The notes below the pieces were generated by a model. That model saw only the letters and a list, made by a program, of their open reading frames with translations, did no database searches and was not told where the DNA came from. The translations under genes and the position numbers were made by a program. DNA of 64,000 nucleotides from Microbotryum violaceum. Taxonomy: Eukaryota. Every line of letters begins with the position of its first letter. Within the stretch, counting starts at the first letter, position 1. Below are positions 11,855 to 23,800 of the stretch, piece by piece. The stretch lies in assembly GCA_001244265.2 (NCBI GenBank), contig CDLV01000010.1, forward strand, positions 1,426,001 to 1,490,000. Direction: 5' to 3'.

Positions 11855-13771
11855 ATGCTAGGCTCATTGCAGGTCAGTCATTCGCCGCGCTGTGTCCGGC
11901 AGAGTCCCGTTAGAAGCGTCGGCGATCCCGAGGCAGTTGGTTCATCCTCACCTCGCGTCGCCACGCGTCCCCTTCGCTCGCCATCCCATCCCCAGCTGTA
12001 CCTCCCATCACTGACCCCGTCCCTTCCGCTCTCCCCAGACCCAGTTCTGGGCCGTCCGCGACTACCTATCCCCCGTGCTGCGCGACTCGAAATTCAAAGA
12101 ATCCGGTCGGCTGACTCCGGACGAGTTCGTCGCCGCGGGCGATTACCTCGTTTACAAATTCCCGACCTGGTCTTGGCAAGCTGCGAAAGAGGACGGCAAA
12201 ACGAGGGATTTCTTGCCCAAGGAGAAGCAGTACTTGATGCAGAGGAATGGTGAGTCCGTCGTATTCGCATGGGGTTTTTTCTTTTCTTTTCATTTCGAGA
12301 GTTGGAACACAAATAACGTGCGCGGACTAGCCGTATGGTGGGAATAGGCGATGCATTGATGGGCTTACAAGAAGGGTGAATTGCTGAAACCTGCCTTTAT
12401 TGCTCTTGCAGTCCCATGCCTACGCCGAGTCTCGCAACTCGCTTTCGGCGGCGGAGGCGCCGACGAGGATGCCGAGACGATGATGTCCTTTGCTCAGGAT
12501 CTCGATGGCCGAGGTGCTGATGACGGAGAGGATTGGGTTGCGACGCATACGAGCTCAAAGGGTAAGCTGTTGAGCGAATGCATCGGTCGGGCAACTTTGG
12601 ATGGGGAACCGGAAAACTCGGCGGCTCCGGCTCGGAAGAAGGAAGCCCTTGGCTGACCACTCCCGACTTGGGGTATGTCGACAGATCCCATGGCCACAAA
12701 GGCCGCACCAGCGATGGGTGACATACCCGACCTCGAGGAAGCCCTCGCGTCGACTTTGTTGAGCTCTGGAGCTAAAACTGTGGATGCGGACGAGCAAGAG
12801 CCCGAGGAGATGCCGGACATGGATGATATTCCCGATATCGACGACGATGACGAGGACGGGATGGGTGGTGGCTTGGTCGAGGAAGAGGATGAATCTGCGT
12901 TGAGGGCTACGCCGTTGACAGGGGGCAAGGATGCTACGGGAATGTAAGTTGCTGTCTTTTGACTTTGAGAGGTTTTCGTGCTGTGGAGGAGAGCTGGCGC
13001 TGACCGTTGTGAGTACTGGGGTTAGCAGATCGGATAATTTGATCCAGGTCAGGACGTACGATTGCTTCATCACTTATGACAAGTACTACCAAACACCTCG
13101 ATTCTGGCTTTCGGGTTACGACGAGGTGCGTTCAAGAACTTTCGCTCTCGGGGCTCACTCACCTGCTGACCCGAATCCGTCGTGACCCAACTCTCGCCTG
13201 CAGCACAAGACATCTCTTCCCCCTTCTTCCGCTTTCGAGGACGTCTCATCTGACCACGCCCAGAAGACGGTGACGATCGAACCTTTCCCGCACGGCTCGC
13301 TATCCATGGCCTCGGTGCACCCTTGCAAGCATTCGTCCGTGATGAAGAAAGTCATTGAGCGCATGGACAAGAACGTCGTCGAACTACAACGAAGAGAGAA
13401 GAAGAAGAACCCTGCTGGAACAGCACCTGCTGCGACGACGGGCTCGAAAGGTGGCAAGTGGGCGGGGTTGGTGGGGAAAGCGACGGGGAAGAAGGAGGAG
13501 GCTGCTAAGGCGGGTGGAACGGAGGAGGAAGGTCCGGAGGGATTGAGGGTCGATCAGTATTTGGTCGTGTTCCTCAAGTTTATGAGCTCGATTGGTAAAT
13601 TTGTAAGACGGATTGCGTGTCGTGGATGAGAGCTGACAAAGCGATGTGGATTTGATTAACAGTGCCGACAATCGAGGTGGACGCTACCAATTCGATTGTC
13701 AGTACGAACTATCTTGACACTCTAGTTACAGCAACGAGCTGACGAAAGCGCTTCTCCGCCCTTTACAGTAA
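11855..13771 (+). CDS. ATG3: Autophagy E2-like conjugating enzyme Atg3
   Basis: [69 protein letters not shown]; catalytic [32 protein letters not shown]. Confidence 0.96.
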
Positions 13772-14159
13772 CTCAACCTTTGCCCTCTCCAACCTCGGTA
13801 CCTTCCCGTGTTCTCTCACTTCCCACGTCTCGTTCAATATGGACTCGTCGCAGTAGTAGTATGTCTCTCATTCTTTTCCCGCATTTTCCTTGTTCTATAT
13901 TCGAGTTTTTGACCATCGTTGCGAAAGGTGTCCTGTGCTGTCCTCCTGTGCTTTTCGTGTGGGGTGCCGAGCTGCCGAGACCGAAGCTCGAGAATAGGGG
14001 CGCTGCAGATTTGATCTGCTATGAGAGATGTCAGAGACTTCAGTTGATCGCACGCGGTCTTTTTTGATTTAGTGATTCAACAACACATTGCCTTGTAGTT
14101 CATTCATCGAGCCCATTGCGGTGCTCGCTTTCCCGGATTCCGACCATTATCACTGCACA

Positions 14160-14758
14160 CTTGGGTAAAGAACTGCGTGCTGTAGTACCAGACGAAACTG
14201 ACGCCCGTTAGTTGCTGGGACGTTCCGGCGAGGACAACGCACAGAATTCGTTTGAGCATCATTTTGCCTCGGAAGCAATTGAGGAGTGACCCTTGGTCGA
14301 TCGCTTTCTCAGCTTCGATGCCGGCGAGGACCTCCTTGTACTCAGCGGTGACGCTTTCGCTATTCTCGGGTCGAGCACGCATCATAGCGAGCGAGCGACG
14401 ACCATGGGTGAGCTTGCCCTGGTAGTTAAACAATGGACTGATCCGATGCAGAGCCAAACGGCAGGGATCGTCATTAGACACAATGAGACATGAACACGCG
14501 GGTACACACCTGATCCGATGCAAAAGCAAATATGAGGAAGATACCTAGGTTCGGGCTCGCTCGCTGGATCAGGCCTATCAAATTATGTCTTACCCACCCG
14601 AGAGATCCCCGAAGAGTGTGCTGAGGGAACTTAGAAGCGACGTGATGAGCGAACAAATCAGCATCCGTGGACGGGGCGCAGCAAGCTGGCCCTGGCAAGC
14701 TCGAGGATGAATAGGACGTACCGAAACTGACAAAAATGCAGGTGAAAGCAGCTCTCAT
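14160..14758 (-). pseudogene. MFS hexose-transporter gene relic (internally deleted and truncated)
   Basis: First-exon-like MRAAFTCIFVSFG|gtacgt and segment ...VTAEYKEVLAGIEAEK...CFRGKMMLKRILCVVLAGTSQQLTGVSFVWYYSTQFF (sugar-porter QQLTG motif); most TM helices are absent. Confidence 0.7.
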
Positions 14759-16346
14759 TCCGTGGTCTGCAATACCTAGTATTTACGTGCGCATACCACC
14801 GACTGCCGTCCCGCGCGACCTTTGTCTCAGCAGGTTAAGCGCCGTGGGGAACGGGTGAGCCCCTACGACGTCTAAGATCTGAGATCACAGGTGAGATCTG
14901 AGTCTGGCGCCGGTTTCAAACTCGAGCCGGGGCCCTGCCGGATTCATCCCTGGTCACTGCGCTACGTTTAAGCGAGTTTCATAGTCGAGTCTAATACATA
15001 GTCCACAATGTCAGTCTACAATGTCTGCACGGGGTCTGAGCTGATGTGACGGCACGACTTTGGAGGTTGCACAATTTAAATCCAGAAAGCTGCGCTTGAA
15101 GCTCGGCGATACGTGTTCTCGTCCCGGTCCACTAGACCGTCAAGGAGGAGTGTGATCAGTGCTGTGCCCTTGACACAACCCTTGATCCGCTATGATCGTC
15201 GCCGAATCGGCGGAATCAGCGCTGCGAATTCAGTGGAGAGGGGAGTTTAGCGGATGCCCGAACTCCATCTGATACAATACCGGTAAAGAAAAGGCAAAGC
15301 GTAGAAGAAACAGCAAGGTCAATCAGGTAAACAGCTAGTTTGGTTTTTTATTTCTAGCCCTGTCTCTGCCCTTTCCCTTGAGGGCAAGCGTCTTACTTTA
15401 CCTTTTCTTCCGAAGAGGGATCTGGCTCGTAGTTCAGACCTCTTTCGTACGACGTGACGCTGTAAAGTGGATAGCTGGACACCCACAAACACCAATTACT
15501 CGAAGAAAATTCACCTCTTACCAGAAGCATAATCGCATCACTTGTCCCTCGAACTGCCAGTTGCCGACTCGCGACCGAGAATCATACTATGGCCGTCAGT
15601 AAAAGCCGAAGGGCCGCATCTGGCGCCCCTATCCCGATCGCTGCTAGCCGCACCGAGTCTCGCGTTGCGTAGCGCGTTTCATCTCGACTTCAAGCCGTTT
15701 TTTTTTTTTCGGAAATCGACGCTTTCAAGTTCGGCTAGGGTCGATCTTGAAAGAATACTCTAGCTCCCATGTCTTTCCTGCGTACGCGCTTACCAATGTA
15801 ACGTCGGCTGTGGAAGCTGGAGCTGCCCGCTCAGCTGCTTTGAACGGTGGCAGTTGAACCACATCAGACCGCGAGGAATTGAGACATGCGGTTACCGGAG
15901 TACACATTATCACAGCACATCTCAATCCATCTCAATGAGTCTGAATTCGGAGTAACGGAGAACCCACATGGCGCAATCGACGACCTAAGCACCCGGCCGC
16001 TAGTCGAGTTTCGTAGCGCGATTCGAAGCTGCGAATCGACTAACGGAGGGGCCCCCGTCGACCTGTCCATTTTGGATCCCAAACTCGGAAGGGCCGAAAA
16101 AATGATCCCCGAGAAAGTGTGCGACTCGGGGGTTCTTCCTCTTCCTCTCTCTCTCTCTTTCTCTCTCTCATCTCCAACCCTAGAACTGAACGAGCCGTTC
16201 GGTCCCACATACCACTCTTCCCTCTTTCCGGCTTCACATCTAGCAACTTTCACGTGCGGTCCACTTGCCTCCGACGTCTCCTTTCCTTCCATCTGAACCC
16301 TCATTCTTCACCCGGTGTACCTTCGCCCCGCCGTTCCCTCGCAAAG

Positions 16347-18400
16347 ATGCGAGTCCCCTCGGCCTTGTTCGCGCTCCTCCCCCTGTTGGGCCACCTTACT
16401 CAAGCCCACCACGATGCAGGCCTCCGCAACCACCAGCCGCGCTCGTTCAAGCTCGACGTCAGGACTCCGCAGCTCCGTGAATTTTTCAGCGTTGATGGAC
16501 ACGTGAACGCGAAGTGAGTACTGCATCGAGCTACCATGTCTCAGTCATTTGAGATCCGAGCTTCTCCCATCCTCATATTTTGCGAAACGCCTCAAAACTC
16601 GACGAATGAGAATCACGGGGTGCCCTAAAATTGGTCTCCCCGCGTGCGCAGCGCTAGTTCGAGGCTCGAGCGCTCGATCTCCGATCACGCCGCACCCTCT
16701 GCTTTCCCGTTCCCCTCCAAGTTGATCTAGTCTAGGATATAAAGATGCAACTTACTGACGCCTCACAATATCACCTCTTCAATTTGGTGTCCATCTCCGT
16801 AGACTCGTCAAGCGCGCCCTCAAGCAACATCATCAACGTCGCCAAGCTCAAGCCGTGGCCGCCACTAGAGACCAAACTGCTCACTTGAATCTCTTGAAGC
16901 GAGCTCAAGAGATGGAGGACATGTTCCACGCCAAGAAAGCGAGGGTCGTGGGAAGGGCCTTAAAGTCGGGATCAGCGCCTGTCTTCCCTCAGGAAGACGG
17001 CGCCTGGAACGTATCGGTTGGGCTTGGTCCCGGCGGGTCGCAAAAGATCAGCAATCTCGTGCTCGACACGGATGGCCCCAAGTACGTTCCCCGATTATGC
17101 TTGTCAGATTCGGCTAATGAACCACTGAAAGCTGACTTGCGTTTCTGCATTGAATCTACGCACCAAAGATTGAGTATTTACGCCAAGGGGTCACCCACAA
17201 AGTGCAATAGTACCTACGATCCGACCAAATCGCCTCACGCTATCAAAGGGGCCTCTTACACATCTGGAGATGGTAAGGACACCCCTACACTCTGGCGACA
17301 TAGCTCCCTGGCATTCGCTAATACTAATTTTTTGCCCTCCTGACAGGCATAGCGAAGGGCGACTACTATCAAGACTCGGTCACTTTTGGTGGCTTGGAGA
17401 TCGCGAACCAATCCTTCGTATCTTTCACGACCACAACCAATGGAGAGAACCTGGAAGATCACATGGACTTGCAGATTGGGGCTTGTGGCTTTTTGGGTCT
17501 GGGAATTAACTCGAACCCTCCGACCTTGGTGCAAACCCTTATCAGCTCCAACGCGATTGCCCAGCCCTTGTTTGCCGTTTCTCTCACCGATACTGGCGGC
17601 ACGGTCGATATCGGTGCGATCGATCATAGCGCTTACAAGGGCCAAATAGCGTGGGCTCCCCTCCTGGAGGGCGTGAATTCGACCTCGTGGATGATCAAGA
17701 CCACAGCCTTCACAATAAATGGGCAGCCTGTCGCGCACGAGGACAACAAGATCGTTTATTTCCAAACCTGGTCACCGTAAGTCTCTCTCGATGCGGTGAT
17801 TTGTGCTAGAGCTGACAATGCGAACGCATAACTCGCAGCCTCACGGTCGTCCCACGCTGGCTCGGCGCTGCAATCGGCGCCTTCGTCAATAGTACAGAAA
17901 CTCCCTTTTACCAGATCGGGTGCAAAGAGATGGAGAAGATAACATTCGGCTTCAATATTGGCGGTCAGACCATGGAAATGCCCCTGTCGTTGTTCAACAT
18001 CGCATGTAAGCTTCGGTCCACGTCCCAGGCCACCTTTTGGTCTGAACTTGCTTGCGCAAATCCGGCCAGCTGACCCGTCATGAACATGCTACGTTCTTTT
18101 ATCAGACTACCCAAGCGAACCGAGGAAGTGTATTTTAGCAATCATACCAGCGGAGTACTCATTTGCTGAAATCATACTTGGATCTCTGGCAATGAGGGTT
18201 AGTACAAGCGCTTTGATCTAGTCTCTGACCCGCGATACCAAAAGCACGTCACTGACCTCACTGACCTCTCGTGCGACGTATCGTCGTCGTGGCGACCCTC
18301 TTTTCAGAGCTTTTACGTCGCGCATTCATTCGCGTACGGCAAGATAGGCCCGGCTATTGGCGTCGCCAAGGCCAAAATTGACCCCTTGCTGCTTCAATAA
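16347..18400 (+). CDS. Secreted pepsin-like (A1) aspartic protease homolog with degenerate active site
   Basis: Signal peptide MRVPSALFALLPLLGHLTQA; WNVSVGLGPGGSQKISNLVLDTDGP; GFLGLG; LFAVSLTDTGGTVDIGAIDHSAYKGQIAWAPL; IILGSLAMR|SFYVAH...IGVAK; several GT-AG introns. Confidence 0.85.
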
Positions 18401-19299
18401 GAGGTTCTTGCCTCCGTTCTGTAATTGCTTCTTTCTGCCGCTCCATCATTGCGCTCTCCTTCCCCGCATCCTTTTTATATCGGTCGTCATTCTCACACCA
18501 CCAGATTACGGGGCCCTCTTTGCTGCAATTTCCTCTTCTGTGGAAGCATCGCGTGCAGCCGTGCTCCAGAAAAAAACGATAGACAGGATCAAGTGGTAGT
18601 AACCCACGTCTAGAACCTCGGGTCAGTGACCTAACGGCAGCCAAGAGAGGTTCCAGGCGCGCGCGAGCTATCTGCAGTGAACTAAACACAATTTTCATCG
18701 CCTTCCATGGGACCTCGGGCAAAGGCTGCGGCGCCCACCTCATTTGCAGCATCACACAGCTGAGCCGTGCTCTTCTACCCTACCCCGGGCCATGGCACTG
18801 AAATTGGCTGCCCACCGACTGAGTCCATCGAGAGTTGCTCTGCTTCTCGTAGGCTCTTCCCGCGAGATAATCCCATATTCCAACAATGTTCATTACAACC
18901 ATTCCTTCCTCCCACACCGTTAGGAAGTGCTGTCATACGTCAACAAAGGTTGAGGCTTCAATGCGTCGCCATCCTCTTCACTGAAGTCCCGCAAGAGAGG
19001 GAGGTCAACTGGAGCTATTGTGGTAGGTGGGTGAGACGCTATGAAACTCGCATATAAATGACCTGAGCGACACGCCAGTCAGTCATCGTACGAGAGCGAA
19101 TGAAGACGGAGAAAAGAGGAAGTGTTGTCACTCAGGCGCAAGCTAACTAACAAGTGGCCTGCTAGTAGCACTGCAGCCTCCGTACAAGTGGCTGACGTAT
19201 GCCTTGCAGTCAGGGCAAGTTGGCAATGCCAACTGATGATCAGACACAATACTGCCTACTGCCGTTTAACCATATTGTCTGATCAAGTCCTCAGTCAAC

Positions 19300-19759
19300 T
19301 CCTAATACCCCTCTCATCACCAACCACCTATCCTCATCCTCATCCTCCGAGTCATCATCCTCCAAAGTGATCCCCTTGCTAAGCCGCCGCTTTTTGGAGG
19401 AGCTCCCCCCCCCCCGCTCTATGACTGGATTGGGTCGCATGATCCCTATGAGAAATTGTTTGCAATGAGTCAGCACCTGACACTGCAACGAAGGCCCATC
19501 AGAGGAGGACCACACCCTGTAGTATTTCTGTGGCGCGGGGCCGACACCCAATGCGGCGGCGATGGCAGATGGCAGATGGCGCGCTCCTTTCTCTCTCATG
19601 CAGTGATCAGGTGCGCGGCAGTTGGCATTTCAAACACGATGGTACCATCTAGGTACCGCCTACTTTTGGATTTTTTTCTTCCGAGGCTTGATTGATCTGA
19701 ACTTGATCTGACCCCCGTCAGATCAGATCAGATCAAATCTGATCTAATGCGAACCCTTG
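19300..19759 (-). mobile_element. Possible DNA-transposon (hAT-like) end relic with GATCA/GATCT subterminal repeats
   Basis: About eight AGATC/GATCT units in both orientations at 19690-19746, next to CAAGGGTTCGC (minus strand); the adjacent ORF contains KYYRVW...LQCQV..HCK, loosely BED-finger-like. Confidence 0.3.
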
Positions 19760-20821
19760 GCATAGTGCTGGGAGGGGCTTCTGCAGCGGTTGCGTCAAGC
19801 GCTATGGGCAAAGATGAAGAATGAGAGATGGTCAGCATATATATGCATGCTATAACAGCTTCGGATTTGGAGTCTGTCATGCCGCGCTCGAGGAAGCAGT
19901 GCAGGGGGTCGTGAGGGCTCGCAGTTCGAGCACTGCACACGAACATAGAAAACCAGTGTCAGTCGTCAACTTGGTCTCTATCCGATATTGGGAAACGTCA
20001 AACCTACCAAATCATAAGTTCGACGGAATCGACGGGCACTGCGCGCACGTCCACCTCGTCGCTCTGCTATACCTCTCCCCACCCCCGCGAGAGCCCCTGA
20101 CAAGGCACATGACGCACCACCGCCGACCAAGCCGGAGGTGGTGCCGCACTCTCGAATAAGCTGCAGGTGTCGGACCACCCCATGGTGCTATTCGTTGTAA
20201 GTGATGATGTCGAGGATCCATCCCGTTCGGAGGGGAAGGGGCATGATGTTCTCTGTTCCAAGGACCAAATTCCAAATCTCGTCGGATCTAGTAGAAAGAG
20301 GACCAGGGGGTTCAACCATCTTGGCCCACCCTATCGTTGGTACGTATGACCGTTGTGGTTCTATGGGCTGTGAGTTAGACTCTGAGCTCTATGGGCCGCG
20401 TCGTACAGGACTTTGGATTTCGAAACGGGTGTGTTGATCTGAAGGAGGATGTGGTCGGGCCGTCGGGGTATCCGCTCATAGAAGCTCGTCAGAGCTCGTC
20501 GAAGCTTGCTGACGGGCCTTGTTCGCAATCTCCGGGCTTGGCTAGGCTTGCTTCTCGCCTCCGCATTCGTCAGTCAGACCGCGCCGCCATCGATAAGCTT
20601 CGATGCTACCCACGTCCATCATCACCGTATTAGCTCATGCGTTCTACGTACAGTAAAGTTGCGCAGCTTTTCACCACCTAGTACATCGCACTTCAACACC
20701 ACGTACACACACGCTAGCTCGCTTGAGTCGATCCGGCTCAGCCGAGCTCATCCAACCCCCACCCCACCCCTGCTTGCCCGAACGACCGATTGTGAGCTCG
20801 TAGCTCCCTCTTTCCCGCAGG

Positions 20822-23800
20822 ATGCCTGTGATGGACGAGTTCAAGGAATTACAAGAAGGAGAGATGGAGGTCCTGCGGTGTAAGATATCAAATCTGCGTA
20901 TCCTGTGTCGGAGCTACGGGACACGTGAAGCTGATCAAGGCCTACAACCACGGGGTGTATGCGTAGCTATCTATGGCGATGATTTCGAGAGTGTCGAGAC
21001 TAGGACGGCTTGGAAGGTAAGGTCGCACGACTCGCGTTGGAAGAGTATGCGGTTGCTGATGTATGTGGTCACCTCATCCCCTTTCAGTCCGTCAACGCCG
21101 CGCACGAGTTCCGAGTCCGAGTTCGTCCGGTCGAAGAACCGTTGAAGGAGATCGTCAACGTCAAGATCCATTTCAAGTGCGTCGTCGGCCCAGGCTCACA
21201 GAGGTGTTTGCTGGGAAGGTCACCCTTTGTGAGGTGATTAAGGCTGACACTTTGAGGGATTTTGACGATTGCACAGACTTCCTCTCAAGTACCCGAAGCA
21301 AGCTCCGACGTTTACGCTCGATGAACCGGTCGGACTCGAGACGAATCATCTCAATGCTTTGGTCCGTGCAGCTTCATTTTACTGTATGAGAGGGACGAAA
21401 GCTCATGTGTAGAATACACACCGCCGACAGCGCACCTTGTTGCAAAGAGAATCGACGACGACTTTGCTAGGCTCGGAGATGATTTACGAACTGTGCTCGA
21501 TCGCGGCGACATTTATTACGGATCGACATACGGATATGAACAAGAACAGCTTGGAGGACCAAAGGAAGCTGCGATCTCAAGAGGAAGAGAAGGTGAGTCG
21601 GTTACAAAGTTGATGTTCCATTGGTCCCACCAACGACTCAGCATCTCGCTCTCTACTCATAGGCGAATCGGGAAGCTCTCGAACGAGCCGAGGCGCAAAA
21701 GCAGCGCGAGCAAGCCGCCGAAGCCGCCCGTATGGCCCAACTCATCTCGGGCGACGTCAAGCGCAAAGAAGAACTCCGAGCTGAGCGGGATAGGCAGGAG
21801 AAGTTGAAGGAGAGAGAAGGGATTGAGGGGGAGAGCTTACAGGTTGGGGAAGGTGGGGAGAGGAAGGTCAAGATGTTGATCAGTACGGATGGGCATGGAA
21901 CGAAGGAGGTGGTGGCTAAGCTTGGGATGCCTTCGGGTACCGGTGAGTGCGGCGTGCTGCTTATTTCTCGCCTGGGGATTGAATGCTTACTTGGGACAAG
22001 TGTGTAGATTGGATTGGACGGATGCTGCCGGTCGAGCTCATGATGGGTATGGAAGCGGCGCTCAGTGCGAATGCCTACGTCATCGATGTTCTTGGGCCCT
22101 ATTACCTCACTCCGCAAGGTATGTATGGAACCGTGAGGCTCTCGCTAGAAGCATCTCACCCCTAATTCTCTCCCTATCTCATCCTAAAGGCAAGCGGAAA
22201 CTATCTAAAGTGGACACGGATCTGACTCGAGCTCGGGCCCTACGGCATCCCAACATACTCTCTCTGTATGGCTCCGTCTTGGCTCGCTACACGCCCTCCT
22301 TCTTCCCAGATAACCCGAGCGCGCAACCACTACTTCGGACCACAGCTGGATGGTCCCTCATCGTCTTGCACGAGCAGGTGCCAACCGCGGCCCAAACGCT
22401 CGAATACCTCTTGGCAACGGTCGGCGAACTAAAGCTCGAAAAAGCCATCACGTGCCTCCAGCAGCTCGTAGCGGCCGTCGAGTACCTACATCTCTCGAAC
22501 GTGACCCATCGATCGATACGACCTAAGGCAATCTGGGTCTGCAATGAGCGATCACCTGTAGGGAACAGCACCGTTTCGATCAGATTGGGGGATGTAGCTT
22601 GGTTCCAGCGCATCATCGATTTGAACAAGGCCGAACCGTGGGTTGCTGCGCCGAGTCAGGATGATTTGCCGGAATCTTGGATGTGCCCCGAGGTCGTGGA
22701 TGATCCGTTCGCCTACGATCGGTCTCGAGATATGTGAGTGCTCGGCCTCGCATGACCAGGATCTACGTTTACCTCAGCTGGCATTGCTTGTTTCGGTTCT
22801 TCCACCAGGTGGGATGTCGGCATCGTGTTCGCCCAGATGGTCTTTGGTACCGACGTTCACCGTCGATACGCATCACCTGCGGACCTTTTACAGAGTATCC
22901 CTCGCAACTCGTCGCCAGTGCTACGCAAGGTCCTCTCGGACCTCCTCTTGACCGAGGCCAAGAAGCGACCGACGGCAGCGCGACTGTCGGCTCAGCTGCT
23001 CGAACTAAGTGTCAGTGGGGGTGCCCACGACAGCGGCGTCTCACTTACCCCGATGATCCTCTCGACAACTCCGACGAACAACGTTGCGGCGTGGCCCAAC
23101 AAGGTTCGGGGAGCTGGCACGCCCATGTTCTCGCCTGGTGTCGGCTCGAGAGAGAGCCAGATGGCCGAGTCGTCCCAAGTTGGTTTCTTCTGGCAACCTC
23201 GTCCTACCGGATCGCGGTACCGTAGCGAATTTGAGGAACTCGAATTTCTCGGCCGTGGGGGTGGGGGTCAAGTCGTCAAAGCGCGCAACCGACTGGATGG
23301 TCATCTCTACGCAGTCAAGAAGATCCGACTGCCAACGGACAAACAGGCCGAGATCAAGATTCTGCGAGAGGTGACGATCTGGTCGCGCATGAACCATCCC
23401 AACATCGTTCGATATCATACTGCTTGGACGGAGACGGAAGATGTCTCGCAGTCGAGCTATGTCATTGATGGGGAAGGGTCGACGCAACCGACTGCTGATA
23501 TCTCGGCGCCTTCGACGGAGTCGGTTTCGACGGCCAACGAAGCGACGGGTGATTCGAACTCGGACGATGATTCGGATCCTGTCGACTTTGACTCCGATGA
23601 CGACGATGCCGCCGCGACACCGGGGCATGAGCTGGACATCGATTTGGGGCTGGATGATCTTGACGATGTCGACTTTCTTTCCGCCGGTCACTCGAAGAGC
23701 GTCTCTTACCCGAGCATCCACTTCGGCAACGAAGACAATGCTTCGACAGATGGTCGGATAAGTCCTGCCGTCTCTCGGCATTCAAAGCATTCCACGAGGT

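Noticed and set aside
18354-19370. Short ORFs downstream of the aspartic protease
   Set aside because: No recognisable motifs or consistent splice structure; a gene call cannot be supported.
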